A stretch of 64,000 bases of DNA from Mobula hypostoma (Eukaryota). How positions within the stretch are numbered: position 1 is the first letter of the stretch; each line of letters opens with the position of its first letter. The stretch is from NCBI RefSeq assembly GCF_963921235.1, contig NC_086097.1:19346001-19410000 (forward strand), written 5' to 3'. This document shows positions 51,210 through 61,109 of this stretch, in pieces. A program made the translations under genes and the position numbers. The notes beneath the pieces were generated by a model. That model saw nothing but the letters and a program-made list of their open reading frames with translations. It had not been told where the DNA came from and did no database searches.

Positions 51210-52830
51210 TCCATAAGACCATAAGATATAGGAGCAGAAGTAGGCCATTTTGCCCATTGAGTCTGCTCCGCCATTCAATCATGGGCTGATCCAATTCTTC
51301 CAGTCATCCCCACTCCCCTGCCTTCTCCCCAGTCCTTTTGATGCCCTGGCTAATCAAGAACTTATCTTTCTCTGCCTTAAATGTACCCAATGGCTTGGCC
51401 TTCACAGCCACTCGTGACAACAAATTCCACAAATTTACCATCCTCTCACTAAAGTAATTTCCCAGCATCTCAGTTCTAAAAGGACATCCTTCAATCCTGA
51501 AGTCGTGCCCTTTTGTTCTACAATCCCCTGCCATGGGAAATAACTTTGCCGTATCTAATCTGTTCAGGCCTTCTAATATTCGGAATGTTTCTGTGAGATC
51601 CCCTCTCATTCTCCTGAACTCCAGGGAATACAGCCCAAGAGCTGCCAGATGTTCCTCATATGGTACCCCTTTCATTCCTGGAATCATTCTTGTGTGTATC
51701 TTCTCTGAACCCTCTCCAATGTCAATATATCCTTTCTAAAATAAGGAGCCCAAAACTGCACACAATACTCCAAGTGTGGTCTCACGAGTGCCTTATAGGG
51801 CCTCAACATCACATCCCTGTTCTTATATTCTATACCTTTAGAAATGAATGCCAGCATTGCATTGGCCTTCTTCACAATTGACTCAACCTGGAGGTTAACC
51901 TTTAGGGTATCTTGCACAAGGACTCCCAAGTCCCCTTGCATCTCTGCATTTTGAATTCTCTCCCCATCTAAATAATAGTCTGCTCATTTATTTCTTCCAT
52001 CAAAGTGCATGACCATACATTTTCCAACATTGTATTTCATTTGCCACTTCTTTGCCCATTCGCCAAAACTATCTAAGTCTCTCTGCATGGCTCTCTGTTC
52101 CCTCAACACTACCCACTCCTCCATCTATCTTTGTATCATTGGCAAATTTAGCCACAAATCCAGTAATACCATAGTCCAAATCATTGACATACATCGTAAA
52201 AAGCATCGTAAAAAACGGACCCCTGTGGAACTCCACTGGTAACCATCAGCCAGCCAGAATAGGATCCTTTTATTCCCACTCTCTGTTTTCTGCCGACCAG
52301 CCAATGCTCCACCCACGCTAGTAACTTCCCTGTAATTCCACGGGCTCTTACCTTGCTAAGCAGCCTCATGTGCAGCACCTTGTCAAAGGCCTTCTGAAAA
52401 TCCAAGTACATCACATCTACTACATCTCCTTTGTCTATCCTGCTTGTAATTTCCACAATGTATTGCAGTAGGTTTGACAGGCAGGATTTTCCTTTCAGGA
52501 AACCGTGCTGGCTTTGGCCTATCTTGTCATGTGCCTCCAGGTACTCAGTAATCTCATCCCTAACAATCAATTCCAACTACTTCCCAACCACTGATGTCAG
52601 GCTAACTGGTCTATAGTTTCCTTACTGCTACCTCCCACCCTTCTTAAACAGCAGAGTAATTTTCCAGTCATCCGGTACAATGCCAGAATCTATCGATTCT
52701 TGAAAGATTGTTGTTAATACCTCCGCATTCTCTCCAGCTACTTCCTTCAGAACCCAAGGGTGCATTCCATCAGGTCCAGGAGATTTATCCACCCTCGGAC
52801 CATTAAGCTTCCTGAGCACCTTCCACTCCA
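51210..52830 (-). mobile_element. CR1-clade LINE 3' half
   Basis: ORFs 52628..52876 (KSPGPDG), 52181..52576 (DFQKAFDKV...SGVPQGSV), 51684..51941 and 51304..51687; (TCTTATGG)n tail. Confidence 0.93.
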
Positions 52831-54535
52831 CCACCAATTTTTGGTAGTTGTTCCTTCTTATCAGTGGGGGCAGCATGGTTGCCTAGCGGATAGCTTAACA
52901 CTGCACCCGTGACTGGAGCACACTCTTGCTGCAGTCTGTAAGGCGTTTGTACGTTTTCCCCAGGACCGCGCGAGTTTCCTCCCACATTCCAAAGGCATAC
53001 AAGTCAGTAGGTTAATTAGTCACATGAGTGTTATTGGGTGCCGCGGGCCTGTTACCTGTATCCCTAACTAAGTCCGATGTCCTCTTGATTCTGGTCGTTA
53101 CAATATTGTGGAGGTATGGTTACCATGTCAAATGACACTTCTGTGTATCTTCCGCCTTGCAGACAAAATCTATTTACAAATGTCTTTAAATATTCAGAGC
53201 TAGAATCAGGTTTAATATCACAGGCACACGTGGTGAAATTTGTTGTGTTTGCGGCAGCAGTATAGTGCAATACCTGATGATGGTGATGATGATGCTGACA
53301 TTGTCTGTCTCAAAGGACAAGGGAGTAGCAGCTCTGGAGTGACCTCTCCAGGGCCCAAGCCTGGGCCGAAGGTATGGAGATCCTGGGATGCCACCAAGAT
53401 CCACCTCTCAGCCTCACCGATATAGTCCAAAGGAAAGTGAAGCAATACGTTTGGCACCAGCTTGGCTGCAGGAGATGTCGGAAGGATCTTCAATGATGTC
53501 CAGCCACCTTAGGTACTCTACTCCGGTTTTGCTATCTGGGTTTACTCCTGTAGCCTCCATCTCTCCCGAGGCTGCCCGCAATGCTGGGGATCTGGTTCAC
53601 CAGCACCAGGGCGTGTTCACATGCCGGTGGGCCTGTGTGCTGCGTGTGCAGGGGCCAGACCTCCTCCCCATCATAATACATAATAATAGACAAACAAAGG
53701 GACAGCCTGAATATTTGTTAACATTGTTAATACTGATGATGGTGTTACTGCTCTTGTGTGTGAAGCAGCCCATGCATCCGCCTCTGTCCCCATTTAATTT
53801 CACGCTTTAATTTGTGTTCCCATTTGCAATAATAAGGTCCTGTTCAGTACTGCACAGCACTGGCCGTGTCTTCCTGACATATGTACCTTTCGCTGACCCC
53901 CCACCTTTCTAAGCGCCCTTGTCCAAAAAAGAAAAATTATTATAATGATGCATCTTCTCAAAAGAAAGCAGGAAAGGATAGATAATGGCTTAAGGAACAG
54001 CACAATTACTCATGTGCCAGGCTCTGTAAAGCTTTCTGAGAGGCTGTAAATGAATGCAAGGAACATCTGCCTACCTCTCTGTCAGAAAACTACTTAGCTG
54101 TTCAGAATCATTCAACATATATTACAAATAATGAAAACATGATAATGGTGTTTGAAGCTCATCTTCTGCCACGTAAATAGGGCAATTTGTGTCATATCAG
54201 AGAAATGGTACTGTGTTTGTTGGAATCTATTAAACTTGGTCAACTATTTCACATCTACATTTAAACAGAGTCAAACAAATATTATCACCCTCCCCCCCCC
54301 CCAACCAAACAGCACCTGATAAAATTGACTGAAACCTATGAAAATGCATTAAATAGTTCAGCTCTGTACTTCTTAGAGTTTAGAATGAAGGTGACATAGA
54401 CTTGCATGGGGATTGGGAGGCAACTTTTTCACATACAGATTGATGTATATATGGAATTGAATTGCTGGGGAAAAGGTGGGTAAGATTACATTTAAAAGGC
54501 ATTTGGGTAGTTATGTGTATAGGAAAGGTCTAGAG

Positions 54536-54616
54536 CAAGGGTTCCCAACCTTTTTTATGCTATGGACCCTTACTATCAAACGAAAGGTCCATGGACCCCC
54601 AAGTTGGAAACCCCTG
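54536..54616. mobile_element. 81-bp hAT MITE; related copies at about 3861-3925, 29445-29537 and 57166-57244
   Basis: CAAGGGTTCCCAACC...AGTTGGAAACCCCTG with 8-bp TSD GTCTAGAG (54528-54535) / GTCTAGAA (54617-54624). Confidence 0.8.
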
Positions 54617-55460
54617 GTCTAGAAGGACGTGGGCTAGCATGGGTGTGTTGGGCCAAAGGGCCTGTTTCCATGCTGTATTACTCTATGGGACTCCCTCTGC
54701 AGATTTCTGGGATACAAGGTGTCTCCGTTCAGTATACATGGGTGCCCCTGCACTTCCAGCCGCCCATCACTTTGATTCTGCTCCCATTTTCAGTCTGAGC
54801 TGACTGCCCTCTCCCTCCGACACTGCCCCAGCAGAGCTCACATAGGTCTAAGGAAGAGGAACTGAACTTCCGTACAGATTTGTTGCAGATTTCCGGCACT
54901 GTGACTTCTTTACGCAGAGGGTAGTGAGTACCGGGAATGAGCTGCCAGAGGAAGTGGTACAATTACAACTTAAGCAGCATTTAAATTTATTTATTTATTT
55001 AGAGATACAGCGTGGGACAGACCCTTCCGGACCAACAAGCTACGCTGCCTAGCAACCCACCTATTTAATCCTAACCTAATCATAGGACAATTTACAATGA
55101 CTGATTAAGCTAGTAACTGGCACATCTTTGGACTTTCGGAGGAAACCAGAGCACGCAGAGGAAACCTGCGAGGTCACGGGGAGAACGTACAAACCCCTTA
55201 TAGACAGGCCGGAACTGAACTCTGAACTCCACCACCTCGAGCTGTAACAGCTTCGCTAACTGCCGCGCTCCCGAGGTGCTCAAATAGATACATATCTGGA
55301 ACTTGTGGCAAGGCAAGGGTTAATTAGATAATGTGCAGTCAACTTAGGTAAGAATCATCTTTAAAAAGCATAAATTCCCTTTGCACGGCAGAGAACCAGG
55401 GTCATTTTGGCCTACTGAGACAAGATAAGAATGTAGCTGAAGGATGTAAAACACACATAC

Positions 55461-55550
55461 CAACCAAGGGACAATTACTTTACTAACATCAGTTGTTAGC
55501 TTGTAGCTTCTATTGATTTTTAGCACTTGTATTGTGAATGATGATTGATC
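55461..55550 (-). CDS. Candidate 90-nt symmetric coding exon (DQSSFTIQVLKINRSYKLTTDVSKVIVPWL), gene unidentified
   Basis: Acceptor TTCCTTATTTGCAG, donor TTG|GTATGT, length a multiple of 3, exactly one open frame, in non-repeat sequence. Confidence 0.4.
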
Positions 55551-55724
55551 CTGCAAATAAGGAATTTGACATATACAAGGTTTCCAATTGATCACTATTT
55601 GTAACTGCTGGTCAATTCTCCATAAAAATGGCATTTCTCCTTTCAGATTTCAACACATTGTTGTGACAGGGGTCACGCTGTTCTTCTTGTGCACAAGTAA
55701 ATAAAATGGGATTGAGGAAAGTCC

Positions 55725-56247
55725 TGTACCTAATAAAGTGGCCGCCCAGTGAATGTGTGTGGTCTTTTGCTGCTGTAGCCCATCCACTTAAGGGTTCAAC
55801 GTGTTATGCATTCCTACATGTTCTTCTGCAACATGTGGTTATTTGAGTTACTGTCGCCTTCCTGACAGCCTGAACCAGTCTGGCCATTCTCTTCTGACCT
55901 CTCCCATTAGCAAGGTATTTTCAGAATCAGAATCAGATTTAACATCACTGGCATATGTCATGAAATACTCCCACAGAACTTCTGCTTTGTAAACTCTAAA
56001 GACTGTAGAGTGTGTAAATCCCAGGAGGTGAGCAGTTAACGAGATACTCAAACCACTCCATCTGGCACCAGCAATCATTCCACAACCAATATCACTTAAA
56101 TCACATTTCTTCCCCATTCTGATGTTTGATCTGAACAACAGCTGAACCTCTTGACCACGTCTGCATGCTGCCACATGATTGGCTGATTAGATAATTGCAT
56201 TAACGAGCAGGTGTACAGGTGTAACTAATAAAGCGGCTATTGAGTGT
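55725..56247 (-). mobile_element. Tc1-like non-autonomous element, same family as 726-1454
   Basis: ORF 55848..56174 contains MGKKCDLSDIGCGMIAGARWSGLSISLTAHLLGFTHSTVFRVY (Tc1 HTH); terminus CTAATAAAGCGGCTATTGAGTG-TA. Confidence 0.75.
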
Positions 56248-57686
56248 ACTACGTACGGTACTTTGATAATACACTTACTTTGAACTTGAACTATCTCTAA
56301 CCCCTCCCAGTTCTGATATAAAGTCACTGAACTGAATTGCAATTGTTTCTCTCCCATGGATGCTGCCTGATCTGCTGAGTAGTTCATGCATTTTCTTCTC
56401 CTTACCTTTTCAATATCTTCTCCTTTAGATTCCCCAACCATATCAGTGCCTTTCTTTCATCTGTTTTATGTTCATTATGCATTTCCCCAATATGTCACTG
56501 AGGGTTTGCTAACTCCCTATTGTCAACTTGTTCTTGCTCACTAACCTCTCCAGGATTCAGTTCAAAGAAATGTTTTCTAAATTTTTAATATTTACATTAA
56601 AAATGTGAACTATGAGGGAGAAGCCCATTCAGCCTTCAAGCTTGTTCGTCTATGCAATCTGATCATGGCTGGTTATCCAAACACTATGTCCCATTCCTGC
56701 TTTCTCCCCACATCACTTGATATCATTAGAACTGTAACAACCTCATTCTTCAATACGTTTAATGATTTGATCTCACTATCTTCTATAGAAGTGAATTCCA
56801 CAGGTTCACTACTCTCCAGGTAAAGAGACATCTCCTCTCGGTCTTAAATGACCTCCAATATCCTTACACCATGACCCATGATCCCAGACCTGGCCATTGG
56901 TTTATTTCTGTCACATGTACCAATATACAATGTAAAATCTTTATGTCCAAGTGGATTGTTCCATATATATAAAAACATCAAGGTAGTACAGAAAGCAGAA
57001 TATCATGTTAATACTACAGAAAGAGCAGTGCAGGTTGACTAATAAGGTGTTAAGGCCATGATGAGACTGAGAGATTAAGAGATCGTTCAAGACTTCCCTC
57101 CATTGAGAACGTCCTTCTGCATCGAGACTGTCCCGTCAGAATTCCTACTCCAAGATCACTCCAACCAGGGATTCCCAACTTTTTTATGGCATAGAGCAAT
57201 ACTGTTAAGCAAAGGGTATGTGGACCCCAGATTGGGAACCCCTGCTCTAGCACATCCCTCTCACATAGCCCTCCATTTTTCTTTCATCCATGTGTCTACC
57301 TAAGGGACTTTAAATGTCTCCAATGTATCTGCCTCTACCATCCAGGCATCTACCACTCTCTATTTAAAAGCTTACCTCTGACACCCCTCTCCCACTACCC
57401 CTGTATAACTTCCAGCTATCACCTTATAGTTACGGACATTCGTATTAGCCACTTCTGTCTTGGGAAAACATCTCTGGCTATCCTCCCTAATTATGCTTCC
57501 TATCATCTTGTACACCTCTATTAAACCAACTCTCTTTGCTTAAATAATGACATTTGAGCCAGGACTGAAAAGGACCAATTGTTGGCTTCAGTTTGCAACA
57601 GCCCCAGGTGCACAAACAGATAAAATTCATTATCAACTCGCATCTGCTCAGCACTGACACCGAGGTCACAGATTTTGAATACTAAC

Positions 57687-57722
57687 CGTAGAAATTCTGA
57701 TTGAGTATGTGTGTTCTCCACT
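57687..57722 (-). CDS. Candidate 36-nt symmetric exon (SGEHTYSIRIST in phase 0)
   Basis: Acceptor TGTCTGTTGACAG, donor ACG|GTTAGT; joins in frame to 55461-55550. Confidence 0.28.
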
Positions 57723-58600
57723 CTGTCAACAGACATTCAGAGCTGGATTTTAGTTCCAACATCCAGTTAAAGTTTCATGTACTTTATTATTCCATTATCT
57801 GCATGGAAATTCTTTCCCTATGTGCAACCGTACGCGTTGGTATGCCCAAGTGTCAAGTCGGGTTCATTGTCATATGCACAGGAACAGTTCCCCAATGTGT
57901 CTGTGAAAGCATGTGTGTATGTATGAGTGTATGTTTAAATTGCAACTGCTTACAAGTTCAAGTTTAATTTTCATTCAACTATACACATGTATACAGCTAA
58001 ATTAAGCAGCGTTCCTCCAGGGCCAAGGTCCGAAACACAATACGTACAGTCACATACAGCACAAAGAGTTAGTATGTGGGTAGAGTGTGTTTGTGTGTGT
58101 GTCCTAGAACCAGGGAGCTGGTGAGAAACAAATATGAACAGACAGTGTCTGTAACATTAGCATACATGTTAATATGCCCACTGGCATATGCATTCTGCAC
58201 CGGTCACATTGCAGAGTGATAATTAATTGCAAAAGGACTAGAGACATCTTGATCGAATTATATAGATCACTGATGAGACCACGTCTGCATTATTAGTTCT
58301 AGTTTAGAGCTTTGACTAGCGGCCAATGCAGACATTGGAAGTTTGGAGAGGAGGGACCTTAAACAGGTCCACTGCCCAAGGGTAAAAGGTAGGAGCAGTT
58401 TGCAGCAGCATAAAGAGCTTTGACCAACAACCAATGGGTGTTTGGGATTGATTAGTAAGAGCAAATTAAAGGAAGGCAGGGGAAAGCGCAGCGGCCATCG
58501 ACTGAGTGGACATTGTCAGAGTGGTGATCTTAAGGCTTTAGCTCTGAGGTTCAGCGAAGAGAGGCTTCACTCAGAGAAAGCAAAGGAAAGAAAAGTTCAA

Positions 58601-59402
58601 AGAAAAGAAAATATTCAGGGCCCCAAACAGTCCTTCCAGGTGAGGCAACACTTCACCTGTGAGGCGACTGGGGTGATATACTGCGTCCGGTGCTCCCGAT
58701 GTGGCCTTTTATATATTGGCGAGACCCGACGCAGACTGGGAGACCACTTTGCTGAACATCTACGCTCTGTCCGCCAGAGAAAGCAGGATCTCCCAGTGGC
58801 CACACATTTTAATTCCACATCCCATTCCCATTCTGACATGTCTATCCACGGCCTCCTCTACTGTAAAGATGAAGCCACACTCAGGTTGGAGGAACAACAC
58901 CTTATATTCCGTCTGGGTAGCCTCCAACCTGATGGCATGAACATCGACTTCTCTAACTTCCGCTAAGGCCCCACCTCCCCCTCGTACCCCATCTGTTACT
59001 CATTTTTATGCACACATTCTTTCTCTCACTCTCCTTTTTCTCCCTCTGTCCCTCTGAATATACCTCTTGCCCATCCTCTGGGTCACCCCCCCCACTTGTC
59101 TTTCTTCCCGGACCTCCTGTCCCATGATCCTCTCGTATCCCCTTTTGCCAATCACCTGTCCAGCTCTTGGCTCCATCCCTCCCCCTCCTGTCTTCTCCTA
59201 TCATTTTGGATCTCCCCCTCCCCCTCCAACTTTCAAATTCCTTACTCACTCTTCCTTCAGTTAGTCCTGACGAAGGGTCTCGGCCTGAAACGTCGACTGC
59301 ACCTCTTCCTACAGATGCTGCTTGGCCTGCTGCGTTCACCAGCAACTTTGATATATGTTGCTTGAATTTCCAGCATCTGCAGAATTCCTGTTGTTTGCGT
59401 TT
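58601..59402 (+). mobile_element. Penelope-like element, 5'-truncated: GIY-YIG endonuclease C-terminus plus terminal repeat, 15-bp TSD
   Basis: ORF ending at 58966 FTCEATGVIYCVRCSRCGLLYIGETRRRLGDHFAEH...VATHFN...QPDGMNID. TSD GAAAGAAAAGTTCAA at 58586-58600 and 59403-59417. Confidence 0.93.
59262..59299 (+). ncRNA. Minimal type-I hammerhead ribozyme motif in the PLE 3' repeat; predicted cleavage after C59294
   Basis: UAGUC-CUGACGA-A-GGGU-CUCG-GCCU-GAAAC-GUC-GACUG, sense to the GIY-YIG ORF. Confidence 0.7.
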
Positions 59403-60798
59403 GAAAGAAAAGTTCAAGTTTTTTCCTTCTCTTCTTTATATCTCAGCTAGGACAGTAGAGATGTCAGGCAGGATAGTGCAATCCTCCTCTTGTGTGATAT
59501 GGGAATGCAAGGAGACCTCCAGTATCCCTGACTACTACAACTGTGAGATGTGCATCCAACTGGATCTTCTAACAAACTGCATTAAGGAGATGGAGCTGGA
59601 AGTGGATGAACCCCAGATCATTTGGGAGGCAGAGGGAGTGATAGATAGGACATATAGAGAGGTAATTACACCCAAAGTGCAGGACACAGGAAACAGGGTG
59701 ACAGTCAGGAAGGTGAAAGGGGTTAAGGAGCCAGTGCAGAATACCCCTGTGGCCATTCCGCTCAACAACTGGTATATCACTTTGAATACTGTCGGGGAGT
59801 TAACATAACAGAGGAAAGTCACAGTGGTCAGGTCTCTGGCACTGAGTCTGCCTTTGTGTCTCTGAAGGGAAGGAGGAAGAAGAGGCATGGTGTGGTGATA
59901 GGGGATTCATTAGTTAGGAAAATAGACAGGAGGTTCTGTGGGCAAAAACAAGATTCCCAGTTGGTGCGTTGCTTCTCAAGTGCCAAAGTCCAGGATATCT
60001 TGGATCATTGCTCAGCAATCTAAAGTGCGAGGGTGAACAGCCAGAAGTCATGGTCTATGTAGATACCGATGACACAGAAAGGACAAGTGACGAGGTTCTG
60101 CGTAGGGAGTTCAGGGAGTTAGCTGCTAAGTTAAAGGGCAGGACCTCCAAGGTTGTGATCTCAGGATTGCTACCTGTGCCACGTGCTAGTGAGGTTAGAA
60201 CTAGGAAGATTATACAGTTTAATATGTGGCTAAGGAGTTGGTGTAGGAGGGAGGGCATAAGATTTTTGGATCTTCGGTCTCTCTTCCAGGAAAGGTGGGA
60301 CCTGTACAGAAGGGACGGTTTGCACCTGAAGGGGGAATAATATCGTAGTGGGAAAGTTTATTAATGTTGCACGGTGGGGTTTAAACTAGAGTTGCAGGGT
60401 GATGGGAATCAGAATGCCAGAACAGTTTGTGGAGAGGTTGTGGAGGCAGATGTTAGTAAGACCTCAGACAAAGTTAGGAATCAAAAGGTTGAGTATGGTG
60501 CGACAAAATTGAAAAGGGTGAATGCAGGACTGAAAGTGTTGTACCTGAGTGCATGTGGTATATGGAATAAGGTAGAAGATCTTGCAGCACAGTTACAGAT
60601 TGACAGGTATTACAGATTGTTGGATGCATCAGTGAGTCATGGCTGAAAGAACGAGGCTGGGAGCTTAATGTCCAGGATATACATTCTATCAAAAGAATAG
60701 GCAGGAACGCAGAGGGGGTGGTGTTGCTCTGTTGGTAAAAAATGAAATCAAATCATTAAAAAGACATGACATAGGGTTAGAAGGTGTTGAATCATTGG

Positions 60799-61109
60799 GT
60801 AGAAGGAGATGAGTTATAAACTTCAAACTTTCTGCATAATCATTCAAAGGGTTGAACTGCCAGTGCATGTAACGAGAGCTGTATAACTCATCTCCTTCTA
60901 CTTAGGCCATGAACTTATCAATCACCCTGCTGTGGACCGCTTTCTAAAGGTCCACGATGCCGACTTCTACCAAGAAGAGATCCGTGTGCTCCATGACCGC
61001 TGGACTAAGTGTGTAAAGGCAGGAGGGGACTATGTTGAAAAATAAATGTGTTAGGTTTTCTAAAATGACTCCTTCTACCTTAGGCCACAAACTTATCAAT
61101 CACTGCTCG
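60799..61109 (+). mobile_element. Mariner-derived MITE with left end truncated
   Basis: Encodes the mariner transposase C-terminus DFYQEEIRVLHDRWTKCVKAGGDYVEK*; right end CTTATCAATCACTGCTCG-TA; internal 20-bp perfect IR at 60799-60818 / 60882-60901. Confidence 0.8.

Noticed and set aside
50628..51216. Hydrophobic Leu/Val-rich ORFs as membrane peptides
   Set aside because: They are translations of degenerate trinucleotide repeats.
55647..55696. Plus-strand exon candidate (TTTCTCCTTTCAG...CAA|GTAAAT)
   Set aside because: Weak donor, 50 nt, and no compatible partner exons; it shows how easily such candidates arise by chance.
59167..59808. 213-aa ORF as a novel protein
   Set aside because: Chance read-through of the PLE tail into the CR1 ORF1 remnant; no ATG at the listed start.
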